From assembly GCA_046498365.1 (NCBI GenBank), contig JAWOAV010000002.1, positions 1 through 61,740 of the forward strand: 61,740 nt of DNA, in the 5' to 3' direction. Every line of letters starts with the position of its first letter. Positions within the stretch are counted from its first letter, which is position 1. Made by a program: the position numbers and the translations under genes. Source of the stretch: Desulfosalsimonadaceae bacterium. GTDB lineage: Bacteria; Desulfobacterota; Desulfobacteria; Desulfobacterales; Desulfosalsimonadaceae. Shown here piece after piece: positions 29,395-38,702 of the stretch. The notes under the pieces are model-generated. The model saw only the letters and a list, made by a program, of their open reading frames with translations, searched no databases and was not told where the DNA came from.

Positions 29395-32300
29395 TTGCCC
29401 GGGGACCGACCGCTACCCAGCGCCATCGTAAAAACCTTCCTTGAAGGCAACCTTGCGATATTGATGATCGTCATCAGCCTTCTTGCCGGGACCGCCGCCC
29501 TTTTGATGACGCCCAGGGAAGAAGAGCCGCAGATCGTCGTCCCGGTCGCGGACGTATACATCTCCTTTCCCGGTGCCAGCGCCGCCGAAGTTGAGCAGAC
29601 CGTTTCCTCCCGGCTGGAGAAACTGCTCTACCAGATCGACGGCGTGGAATATGTCTATTCCATGTCCCGCCCGGGGGAAGCGGTCGTTACGGTCCGTTTC
29701 TATGTTGGGGAATCCCGTGAAGGAAGCCTAATCAAGCTTTACAACAAACTTTTCTCAAACATCGACGAGGTAACACCCGGCATCACCGACTGGGTGGTGA
29801 AGCCCATCGAGATCGACGACGTGCCGATAGTCAGCGCGACCCTGTACAGCGACCGTTACGGACACCATGAGCTTTGCCGGACGGCCGAGGAAATCACCGA
29901 ACACCTCCAGCAGATTAAAAACACCGCCCGAATCACAATACATGGCGGACAGCCGCGCGTCCTCCACGTATATCTCGACAATGACCGCTTAGCCTCCTAC
30001 GGCCTCTCCCATAACAAAGTCATGGCCGCTATCCGTGCCGCCAATGTTCAAGGGGAGTCCGGAATGTTTGAACGGGCCAATGAAACCATTCGCGTTGGCG
30101 GGGGACCGTTTCTGCATGACCGGGAAGACGTAAACCGCCTCATGGTCGGCGTACATGGCAACATGCCGATTTTCCTGAAAGACGTCGCAAACATACAGGA
30201 CGGGCCCGATGAGATCACCAGCTATACCCGTCTGGGATATGGCCCGGGGTCCGGCAAGCCGCTGGAAAGCTTTCCGGCAGTAACGGTTGCGGTTGCCAAA
30301 AAATCCGGCAGCAACGCCGTCAACGTGGCGCGCCAGGTCCGGTCCCGGATCAAACGGCTTGAAGGAAGCGTGATCGCAGACGATATCCACGTCGATATCA
30401 CCCGCGATTACGGGCGTACGGCCAATGAAAAAGTCAACTCCCTGGTAATCAGCCTTGGCCTTGCCATCGTCACCGTCATCGGACTTCTCTCACTTGTCAT
30501 GGGGTGGCGCTCGGGCGTTATCGTGGCCATCGCCGTTCCCATCACCTATTCGCTGACCCTTTTGTTCAATATGTATATGGGATTCACGATCAACCGGGTG
30601 ACCCTTTTCGCCCTGATCCTGACCATCGGACTGCTCGTGGACGATCCCATCGTTGTGGTGGAAAACATTTACCGCCATCTCCGCATGCGGCTGATGCCGG
30701 TAAAGGAGGCCATCTTTACCGCCATGGACGAAATAATGCCTCCGGTTATTTTGTCTACCCTGGCGGTTGTCGTGTCTTTTGTACCGATGTTTTATATTAC
30801 GGGCATGATGGGTCCCTACATGGCGCCCATGGCCATCAACGTCCCTGCTGCAGTGTTCTTTTCCACCGTGGTGGCCCTGGCGATCACCCCTACGCTCTCA
30901 CGAATGATTCTCCGCGTGGACCCGGAAGGAGAAAAACCCCCCGAAGTCAAACAAACACGGATGTACGGCATTTACAACTACGTCATGCGGCCGCTCATCG
31001 AGTCCCCCAGGCGTGCATATGCATTGCTTGCCGCAACCGCCGTTCTTTTTTTTCTTTCCGCCGCCCTGCCGGCCATCGGCCTTGTGCCGCTCAAAATGCT
31101 CCCCTTTGACAACAAAAATGAATTCCAACTCGTCATCGACATGCCCGAAAACGCGACGCTGGAAAAAACGGACGAGGTTGTCTCCAGGATCGAGGAGTAC
31201 CTCCGTACCCAGGCGGAAGTAACCAATTTTACCTCTTTTGTGGGAACGCCTTCCCCTATGGATTTCAATTCCATGATACGGCAGTATTACATGCGACAGG
31301 GGCCGCATACGGCGGATATCCGCGTAAATCTCGTCCACCATACCAAAAGGGAATTTGACAGCCACGCATTCGTCCTGCGCATCCGAAACGATATCGAAAA
31401 CATCGCCCGGGACACGGGGGCCAATATCAAACTGGTGGAAACACCCCCCGGACCGCCCGTACTGGCGACGGTGGTCGCGGAAGTATACGGCGATCCGCGC
31501 CACAGCTATGACGATCTTGTGCGTGCATCCGGAATCGTACGCGCCCGTATGCACCAGGAAGAAGGCGTAGTGGATATCGACACCTCCGTAGAAACCCCCA
31601 TGGAAAAACTTTTTTTCCGGGTAGACCACGAGAAGGCCGCTTTAAACGGCGTGTACAATGACAGCATTATAAACGCACTTCGCATGGCCACCCATGGAAT
31701 AACGGTCGACACGCTGCATGTCCCCACGGAGCAAAATGAAATACCGATTGTTCTTCGACTGCCGCGGGAATCCCGTTCAAGCAGGGCCCAGCTGGAAAAA
31801 ATCCAGGTTACAGGCAGACAGGGAAACCTTATAGAGATTGGCGAGCTGGGGCATTTTGAAGAAACCTTTTACGACCGGACAATTCACCACAAGAACCTGG
31901 AAAGGGTCGTATACGTTACGGCTGAAATGGCGGGCAAAGGGCCGACGTATGCCATACTCAATCTTCAGTCCCATTTTAAAAAAAATCCGCTCGCCGAAGG
32001 CATACATATTAACTGGCGGGGCGAGGGGGAATGGAAAATTACGGTCGATGTTTTCCGTGACCTTGGAATCGCTTTCAGCGCAGCGCTTGTGGGCATTTAT
32101 GCGATTCTTGTGTACCAATGCGCGTCCTACCTGATCCCGGTGGTGATCATGCTCTCCATCCCGCTGACCATGATCGGCATAATGCCCGGGTTCTGGCTCC
32201 TCAACGTCCTTGTGGACCGTCCGGTCGGCGGCTTTGACAACCCGGTATTTTTTACCGCAACGGCCATGATCGGCATGATCGCGCTTGCGGGTATCGTGGT

Positions 32301-32595
32301 TCGAAACGCCCTGGTTCTGATTAATTTTATCCAGACCTCCGAGGCACGCGGAATCTCCCTGAAAGAGGCCGTGCTTGAATCCGGGGCGGTGAGAATGCGC
32401 CCCATCCTTCTGACCGCGGTAACCACCATGCTCGGCGCCTGGCCCATCACCCTGGACCCTATCTTCAGCGGACTGGCATGGGCGCTTATTTTCGGGCTTT
32501 TCGTGTCGACCGCGTTTACCCTGCTGGTCGTACCGCTCGTCTACTATCTCCTGTACGGCGAAAAACCGGGGAAATCACAGGAGGCTTCGCAATAG
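29395..32595 (+). CDS. RND efflux permease (AcrB/CzcA superfamily)
   Basis: 1066 aa with a 12-TM, two-large-loop architecture. GLLVDDPIVVVENI motif. TTG start. Confidence 0.9.
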   Translation: MPGDRPLPSAIVKTFLEGNLAILMIVISLLAGTAALLMTPREEEPQIVVPVADVYISFPGASAAEVEQTVSSRLEKLLYQIDGVEYVYSMSRPGEAVVTVRFYVGESREGSLIKLYNKLFSNIDEVTPGITDWVVKPIEIDDVPIVSATLYSDRYGHHELCRTAEEITEHLQQIKNTARITIHGGQPRVLHVYLDNDRLASYGLSHNKVMAAIRAANVQGESGMFERANETIRVGGGPFLHDREDVNRLMVGVHGNMPIFLKDVANIQDGPDEITSYTRLGYGPGSGKPLESFPAVTVAVAKKSGSNAVNVARQVRSRIKRLEGSVIADDIHVDITRDYGRTANEKVNSLVISLGLAIVTVIGLLSLVMGWRSGVIVAIAVPITYSLTLLFNMYMGFTINRVTLFALILTIGLLVDDPIVVVENIYRHLRMRLMPVKEAIFTAMDEIMPPVILSTLAVVVSFVPMFYITGMMGPYMAPMAINVPAAVFFSTVVALAITPTLSRMILRVDPEGEKPPEVKQTRMYGIYNYVMRPLIESPRRAYALLAATAVLFFLSAALPAIGLVPLKMLPFDNKNEFQLVIDMPENATLEKTDEVVSRIEEYLRTQAEVTNFTSFVGTPSPMDFNSMIRQYYMRQGPHTADIRVNLVHHTKREFDSHAFVLRIRNDIENIARDTGANIKLVETPPGPPVLATVVAEVYGDPRHSYDDLVRASGIVRARMHQEEGVVDIDTSVETPMEKLFFRVDHEKAALNGVYNDSIINALRMATHGITVDTLHVPTEQNEIPIVLRLPRESRSSRAQLEKIQVTGRQGNLIEIGELGHFEETFYDRTIHHKNLERVVYVTAEMAGKGPTYAILNLQSHFKKNPLAEGIHINWRGEGEWKITVDVFRDLGIAFSAALVGIYAILVYQCASYLIPVVIMLSIPLTMIGIMPGFWLLNVLVDRPVGGFDNPVFFTATAMIGMIALAGIVVRNALVLINFIQTSEARGISLKEAVLESGAVRMRPILLTAVTTMLGAWPITLDPIFSGLAWALIFGLFVSTAFTLLVVPLVYYLLYGEKPGKSQEASQ

Positions 32596-32623
32596 TCCCC
32601 GCGGCGTCCTTTGGATTCTATGT

Positions 32624-32651
32624 TTGACAATACTTCCCGATGGTTTACAAT
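32624..32651 (+). promoter_or_regulatory. Near-consensus sigma70-type promoter
   Basis: TTGACA (32624-32629), 16-nt spacer, TACAAT (32646-32651). Confidence 0.5.
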
Positions 32652-32692
32652 ACTTTGCGTCTATCAATCGACATCGCGATCCGGAAGATCTT

Positions 32693-32721
32693 GTAGGGGC
32701 ACCCGCAAGAGTTGCCCCTAC
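32693..32721. repeat. Repeat family C core hairpin, partial copy 3
   Basis: GTAGGGGCA-CCCGCAAGAGT-TGCCCCTAC. Confidence 0.7.
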
Positions 32722-32810
32722 GGGCTCATATTCAGTAAAAATATTTATCGTGCCGACAAGACATCTCAAAAAAAAAACGAGTAAGTGGGGCAGAAAATGC
32801 GGGGGAGGAT

Positions 32811-32899
32811 GTTTTTACCACAGAGGGCACAGAGGAGACACAGAGATTCACAGAGAAAAGCAAAAAAAAAGGGGGACGCCCATGAAATTATGCGTTTCT
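32811..32899. repeat. Intergenic repeat family A, copy 2
   Basis: Near-identical to 480-570. CACAGAG starts at 32819, 32828, 32839 and 32849. Confidence 0.85.
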
Positions 32900-32901
32900 G
32901 C

Positions 32902-32938
32902 AAGCCATCCCGAAAAAAAGATTTTTTTGGGATGGCTT
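32902..32938. terminator. Hairpin of repeat family D, copy 2 (terminator-like)
   Basis: AAGCCATCCCGAAAAAAA-GA-TTTTTTTGGGATGGCTT. Same design as 26460-26500. Confidence 0.55.
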
Positions 32939-32989
32939 TTACTCAAAAATGCAGAAATCCGTTTTCAATAACCGACACGGAGGTTTTTT

Positions 32990-33562
32990 ATGAAAGTAAC
33001 GGCATTCAACGGCAGCGCCAGGAAAAACGGAAACACGGCTTCGCTCATCGGCCATGCGTTAAAAGAACTCGATGCCCATGGCATTGAAACGGAACATGTA
33101 CAGCTTGCCGGCAGACACCTCAAGGGGTGTATCGCCTGCTACAAGTGCTTAAAAAACAAGGACCGGAAATGTTCCGTAAAAGATGACGATCTCAATGACT
33201 GCATCGATAAAATGCTGACATCGGACGGCATCATTTTGGGTTCGCCCACCTATTTCGCCAATGTCAGCAGCAATACCAAGTCTCTGATTGAACGTTCCGG
33301 GATGGTGGCAAGGGCCAACGGAAACATGTTCACCCGAAAAGCGGGGGCGGCGGTGGTCGCTGTTCGCAGGGCCGGCGCCATTCATGTGTTCAACTCCATC
33401 AATCATTTCTTTTTGATCGGCGGCATGATTATCCCGGGTTCCAGTTACTGGAACATCGGCCAGGGAATGAATCCCGGGGATGTGGAAAAGGATGAAGAGG
33501 GGAAAAAGACCATGCGGGATCTGGGTGAAAACATGGCATGGCTTCTGAAAAAAATCGGTTAG
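32990..33562 (+). CDS. Iron-sulfur flavoprotein (Isf) / NADPH-dependent FMN reductase family
   Basis: MKVTAFNGSARKNGNT flavodoxin-like start. Compact cluster motif C-x2-C-x2-C-x7-C (CIACYKCLKNKDRKC). Confidence 0.8.
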   Translation: MKVTAFNGSARKNGNTASLIGHALKELDAHGIETEHVQLAGRHLKGCIACYKCLKNKDRKCSVKDDDLNDCIDKMLTSDGIILGSPTYFANVSSNTKSLIERSGMVARANGNMFTRKAGAAVVAVRRAGAIHVFNSINHFFLIGGMIIPGSSYWNIGQGMNPGDVEKDEEGKKTMRDLGENMAWLLKKIG

Positions 33563-33586
33563 TAGGAGTAGAGGGGCGTTCCCCCT

Positions 33587-35947
33587 CTAATTGTAGGTGC
33601 GATCAATGATTTCCTGCTTCACGGTGTCTGGAAGATCATCGAAATAGGCGCAGAAACCGGCCACCCGGACCACGAGGCCCGGGTACCTGCCGGGGTGGGC
33701 CCTGGCGTCCGCGAGCATTTCGGCATCGACCACGTTCAGCTGCATTTCCATGCCGCCGGACGCAAAGAACCCATTGGTCAGTGCCGTCAGAACGTTTACC
33801 CCTTTTTCACCGGCCACTGATTTTTTTTCGAATTTCAGGTTTACCGCATACCCGTTCATGGCAAGGGTGGCGTCGATGGCGGCCACCGAGTTCAACAGCG
33901 CGGTCGCACCCCGTCGGTCCTTTCCGTTTGCGCAGCCGAGCGAAGCGGCAAAAGGTTTGCCGGAGACCCTGCCGGAAGGGAGCGCTTCGGTGCGGTTGCC
34001 GAAGCCCACGTGACATGTCGAGGAGTAAAAACCGGGCACATAATTTCCCCCGCGGGTGCTCTGGATACCGGCCAGGGCGTCATGAAAAATCCGGGCGACC
34101 TCCCGGGCAAAGCGATCCGGCAGCGCCATGTCATTGCCGAATTTGGGTGCGCTCGACAATTCGGCATGCATTACCTCCTGAGAGGAAAAATCGTTTCGCA
34201 TGGCAGCTATGATGTCCGACAGCCTGTATTTCCGCCTGTCAAATACCAGGGTTTCAATCGCCGCCAGGGAATCGGCCACATCGGCCACGCCCACGCCCTG
34301 GATGCCGCTGGAATTGTATCTGGCCCCGCCGGCGGTCACGTCGCATCCGCTTTCAATACATCCGTCCACCAGCATGGAAGAAAACGGCGTGGGATGATAC
34401 TCCCGGTTGCCCTTCTCGATAATCTGCAAATCCACGATCATCCGTTCTGCCATGTGATCCACTTGCTGTTGAAAGGCGTCCACCACCTCGTCAATGGACA
34501 AAAAATCGTCCGGATGCGGCGTAGGTGCACCCAGCCGCTTTCTGGCATGAAGCCTCCTCCCCTGGTTGATGGCCAGAATCAGGCAAAGGGGAAGATTAAA
34601 CAACGCCGCATCGGTTGAAAAAAAGCTTCTGCCGGGAAAAGACGGCTCAACACATCCAACGATGCCGTAGTCCCTGGCTTCGGACAACGGGAACCCATGG
34701 CGAACCAGGGCTTTTATGGTCGGCTCGTCGTTGAACAATCCCGGCACGCCGTTTCCGGTTCTGGCAACGTCAATGACGCGCCGAATATAGTGCCCGGGCG
34801 CCTCGGAATGAATTCGGGCCATGTAGTTGGGATCCCGCAGACCCGCTTGCGCCATGACATCCAGAAACAGGAATGTCAGATCGTTTACCGCATCGTTTCC
34901 ATTTTTGTCCACGCCGCCGATGGTAGCGGCCTGGGCCACCAGGTAGCCGCCGTGATACTGGCTCGTTCGCTCTGAAACCAGAAAAACATGCTCGGTGGTT
35001 TTGGCGGAAAAGGATAAAAGCAGGTCGAATGCCTCCTTTCGGGTAATCCGGCCGGAGGCCATGTCCCTTTGGTAATACGGATAGAGATACTGATCGATTC
35101 GGCCGAAGGAAACGGCCGAATTCAGCCCTTCCAGGCATACCGCCATGTGGGCGAGCCACAGGGACTGCAGTGCTTCATGAAATGTTTCAGCGGGATGCAG
35201 CGGGACCCGTAACAGGATCCGCGATATCTCTTTTAGCTCCCGCGCGCGCGTCGTGTCTGCTTCCGATTCCGAAAGCCGCAGGGCTTCGCTGGAAAGCCGG
35301 CCTGCATAATCGACCAGACCCTCGCAGGCGATTCGTATCGCCCGGTGAAGATCGCCGTCTTCGGTTTCAAGCCGCTTGAGATATCCCCGGATGCCGATGG
35401 TAATGATCTTTTCATAATTGGGCAGAAAGTGCCCGATGCCACCGGCTTCATTGATCAGGTATGCGGTGGCGTTCAACTGCTCGGCCGCGTACCTCAAAAA
35501 ATGCATCCGTTTGCCGCGAAACGCCCTAAACACCATGTTGCGGGGAAGCCAGTACGGGATTACGGTTGTAAGCAGTTTACGACGGTCCTGCCATGTTATG
35601 AGATGGGGCGTGGTTTTGCGCTTGTCGATCCACAGAAGCTCTTCGCTCATGAACGTCCCGGCAAGTTCCGGCTGAATAATCGCGGATTTGCGTTTGCTAC
35701 CCACGTTGCCGGCGATCCGCTCATCGGGCCATATATGAACCGACTTGCGGCGCAACAGATGGCGCAGCGCTTTTGCCTTCCGGACAACGACCGGTTCTTT
35801 CTCATGGTCATGGGATTTAAAATACCCGGTGATGAGAAGCGCCCGTTCAGGACACAGATAAACAGGGGAAGACATCAGGGCCGCTTTAATGCGTTCAAAC
35901 CGATTCGATGTATGGCAGGCGGCCGCAGTTGGTGCTGATTGATTCAT
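33587..35947 (-). CDS. Glycyl radical enzyme (PFL2 / glycerol-dehydratase-like class)
   Basis: 786 aa. C-terminal glycyl radical motif VVRVAGFCAYFDDL and catalytic loop GIVGCVEPS (single Cys followed by Glu). Confidence 0.9.
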   Translation of the reverse strand: MNQSAPTAAACHTSNRFERIKAALMSSPVYLCPERALLITGYFKSHDHEKEPVVVRKAKALRHLLRRKSVHIWPDERIAGNVGSKRKSAIIQPELAGTFMSEELLWIDKRKTTPHLITWQDRRKLLTTVIPYWLPRNMVFRAFRGKRMHFLRYAAEQLNATAYLINEAGGIGHFLPNYEKIITIGIRGYLKRLETEDGDLHRAIRIACEGLVDYAGRLSSEALRLSESEADTTRARELKEISRILLRVPLHPAETFHEALQSLWLAHMAVCLEGLNSAVSFGRIDQYLYPYYQRDMASGRITRKEAFDLLLSFSAKTTEHVFLVSERTSQYHGGYLVAQAATIGGVDKNGNDAVNDLTFLFLDVMAQAGLRDPNYMARIHSEAPGHYIRRVIDVARTGNGVPGLFNDEPTIKALVRHGFPLSEARDYGIVGCVEPSFPGRSFFSTDAALFNLPLCLILAINQGRRLHARKRLGAPTPHPDDFLSIDEVVDAFQQQVDHMAERMIVDLQIIEKGNREYHPTPFSSMLVDGCIESGCDVTAGGARYNSSGIQGVGVADVADSLAAIETLVFDRRKYRLSDIIAAMRNDFSSQEVMHAELSSAPKFGNDMALPDRFAREVARIFHDALAGIQSTRGGNYVPGFYSSTCHVGFGNRTEALPSGRVSGKPFAASLGCANGKDRRGATALLNSVAAIDATLAMNGYAVNLKFEKKSVAGEKGVNVLTALTNGFFASGGMEMQLNVVDAEMLADARAHPGRYPGLVVRVAGFCAYFDDLPDTVKQEIIDRTYN

Positions 35948-36015
35948 ACATAATCCCTCCTCAGGAAAGATCCTTCCTGATGTATACAGGATTGTTCAAA
36001 ATAAATAAAGCATAA

Positions 36016-36085
36016 GGGGGACGCCCATGAAATTATGCGTTTCTTTTCGGCCGAAAAGAAACGCATAATTTCATGGGCGTCCCCC
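36016..36085. repeat. 70-bp perfect palindrome (two head-to-head copies of the family A 3' module)
   Basis: GGGGGACGCCCATGAAATTATGCGTTTCTTTTCGG|CCGAAAAGAAACGCATAATTTCATGGGCGTCCCCC, with no mismatch and no loop. Confidence 0.95.
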
Positions 36086-36164
36086 CTACAGGGCTTGATA
36101 AATCGATTGGTTTGCTTTACAACAGGCAAAAACAATTTTTCAGCATCACACTGCAGGAGAAGAA

Positions 36165-37892
36165 ATGATAAACACGTGGTCTTTAACCGACAGGCAAAAA
36201 GGGTATACAGCGGATCTCGACAAAACCCGGTCGCCGGAAGAAACCATCCGGGATGTAAGGGAACGGTTTGCGTCTCTTGATCTGGATATATTGTCTGAGA
36301 TCGTTCGGATCGACAACGGCAGGCTCGATATTCCAGTTTTTTTCAGCGTCTGCGGCGCCGATGCCCAACGTCTGACCGGCACGACCAAGCAGATGGGAAA
36401 AGGGGCGACCCCGGCGCAGGCCGAGGCCAGCGCCATCATGGAGCTGGTGGAGCGCTTCAGTTTTTATGCCTATTATAAAAGGGCGGAGAATTTCATATAT
36501 GCAGCGCATAACGGCATTTCGGAAAATGCAATGCCCCTGGATATGATCGCACAAAGCGTTGACGACGTTTCAGACGACCGGGACATTGCGCTGGCATTTT
36601 TTGCCGAGCAGCCGATGAAATGGGCAAAGGGCTTCAACCTGGCCCGAAACCAGCCCGTGCTGGTGCCGTTCGACTGGTTTTTCGCCATCAACGAATTCAA
36701 CGGCACCTCTTCGGGAAACTGCCTTGAAGAAGCCCTTGGCCAGGGGATCTGCGAAGTTGTTGAACGGCATGTGTGCGACATCATCAGCAGAAACCGGCTC
36801 AACATCGATGGCATCGACCCGGATTCGGCAAAGGATGAAATCGTTACCGGGCTGATCGGCAAATACCGGAAAAACAATATTGACCTGTATATCTCTGATT
36901 TTTCCTTAGACACGGGGGTCCCAACGGTGGGGGTGATGGCTCATGATCCGGCGACATTTCCGGAAAAAAGCGAACTCGTATGGACGGCGGGCACCATGAC
37001 CTCGCCCGAAAAAGCGCTAAACCGGGCCCTGACCGAAGTAGCCCAGCTCGGCGGCGATTTCAACACCGGGGCCAACTTCGTTGCCAGCGGACTTCCTAAG
37101 TACCGTGCATTGCGAGACGCCCGGTACATCACCCACCCGGGAAAATACAAACCCATCGATGCGCTTCCGGATGTTTCCCATGACAACATAAAAGTGGAGG
37201 TCGAGCGGCTGGTCTCTGCGCTGGCGGTCAAAAATTTGGACGTGATCGCTGTTGACACCACCCATCCGGCGTTGGGGGTGCCAGCCCTGTATACCGTGGT
37301 GCCAGGGGCCCGATTCCGTGAAAGGGCGGCCGCCGCCAGCGTCGGGCTTTTCACGGCCAAGCACATCATCTCCGCTTTTGCCCCCGAAGAAGCGCTTGTT
37401 CGGCTACAGGCGTTCGACAGGCGTCTTCCCGGCAAATACTACATCCAGTTTTACACCGGCCAGTCCCTTCTTGCGCTGGGGGATCCGGCAGCGGCACTGG
37501 ATTATTTCAACAAGGCCCTGGAACAAGACCCCGACGAGCAGGATCTGCCCGGCATTTATTCCTACATGGGCGTCTGCCTGAAGGAGATGGAACGTTACCG
37601 GGAGGCTTTGAATGTACTGAAAAAAGCGGAAGAGATGGATGATGAGCGAACGGATGTCTACAACCTGGCCGGCTACTGTCACTTCAAACTGAAAGCCCAC
37701 AAGAAGGCGATCCGGGCCTTTAAACAGGTCATCCGGCTCAACCCTTCCTCGGCGATCGACTATGCCAACATCGCCGTCAATTACCGGGAGATGGGGGACA
37801 CCCAAAAAGCCATAGAATATTTTCGCACGGCCCTGCGTATTGATCCCGGCATCGGGTTCGCCCGGGAAAATCTGGAAAAACTTCTTTCCTGA
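36165..37892 (+). CDS. YcaO-domain protein with C-terminal TPR repeats
   Basis: GKGATPAQAEASAIMELVERFSFY (YcaO ATP/Mg-binding E..ER pattern). The C-terminal ~170 aa have TPR-like repeats (YFNKALEQDP..., AIRAFKQVIRLNP..., AIEYFRTALRIDP). Confidence 0.8.
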   Translation: MINTWSLTDRQKGYTADLDKTRSPEETIRDVRERFASLDLDILSEIVRIDNGRLDIPVFFSVCGADAQRLTGTTKQMGKGATPAQAEASAIMELVERFSFYAYYKRAENFIYAAHNGISENAMPLDMIAQSVDDVSDDRDIALAFFAEQPMKWAKGFNLARNQPVLVPFDWFFAINEFNGTSSGNCLEEALGQGICEVVERHVCDIISRNRLNIDGIDPDSAKDEIVTGLIGKYRKNNIDLYISDFSLDTGVPTVGVMAHDPATFPEKSELVWTAGTMTSPEKALNRALTEVAQLGGDFNTGANFVASGLPKYRALRDARYITHPGKYKPIDALPDVSHDNIKVEVERLVSALAVKNLDVIAVDTTHPALGVPALYTVVPGARFRERAAAASVGLFTAKHIISAFAPEEALVRLQAFDRRLPGKYYIQFYTGQSLLALGDPAAALDYFNKALEQDPDEQDLPGIYSYMGVCLKEMERYREALNVLKKAEEMDDERTDVYNLAGYCHFKLKAHKKAIRAFKQVIRLNPSSAIDYANIAVNYREMGDTQKAIEYFRTALRIDPGIGFARENLEKLLS

Positions 37893-37904
37893 CGGCTCTG
37901 CAAT

Positions 37905-38702
37905 TCAGAAAATATACCTGCCGGGCACGGGCGTCACCCGGGGCATGGGACCAAGGGGGTTTTCATCGACCAGGAGCCGGCAGCCGTAGGTGTCCTCCAG
38001 CGTCTGGTAGTTCAGGACGTCTTCCGGGGCGCCGTATGCAACAAGCTCCCCTTTATTCATCAGCATGAGTGAATCCGCATACATGGCGGCCAGATTGATG
38101 TCGTGGGAGACCATCACCACGGTGATCTGCTTTTCCGAACGCATTTTTTCCATTAAATCCATCACCCGCAGCTGGTGCGCGATGTCCAGCGAGGCCGTGG
38201 GTTCGTCAAGCAGTATGATTTCCGGCGCCTGGCAAATGGCGCGGGCAATGAAAACCCGCTGGCGCTCCCCCCCGCTTAGCTGATCGATCCGGCGATCCGC
38301 AATGTGACCCACTTCCGTAAACGCCATCGCCTGCCTGGCAAGCGCCCGGTCTTTTTCCGACTCCAGGCCGAAGGTGCCAAGATGCGGCGCCCTTCCGAAA
38401 AGGACGGCATCCGAAACGAGAAACGGGAAGTCGACCGCGGTCTGCTGTGCAACATATGCAACGCGCCTGGCAATGGCCCTCCTGGAATAGGCCCCAAGCG
38501 GCTGCCCCATGATGCCGATCTCTCCCTGGTCGGGGCGGATCAAACCGGCAATGGTTTTCAAAAGCGTGGTCTTGCCGGAGCCGTTCGGCCCGATAATAAT
38601 AAAAAATGCCCCTTTGGAAATGAAAAAAGAAAGCCCCTTGAGCACCCGGGTGCCGTCCGGGTAGGAATATGACAGGTCCTTGATGGTAATTGCATCGTTC
38701 AT
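37905..38702 (-). CDS. ABC transporter ATP-binding protein, iron-siderophore/cobalamin (FecE/BtuD) type
   Basis: Walker A GPNGSGKTT, signature LSGGERQRV, Walker B ILLDEP. Confidence 0.9.
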   Translation of the reverse strand: MNDAITIKDLSYSYPDGTRVLKGLSFFISKGAFFIIIGPNGSGKTTLLKTIAGLIRPDQGEIGIMGQPLGAYSRRAIARRVAYVAQQTAVDFPFLVSDAVLFGRAPHLGTFGLESEKDRALARQAMAFTEVGHIADRRIDQLSGGERQRVFIARAICQAPEIILLDEPTASLDIAHQLRVMDLMEKMRSEKQITVVMVSHDINLAAMYADSLMLMNKGELVAYGAPEDVLNYQTLEDTYGCRLLVDENPLGPMPRVTPVPGRYIF

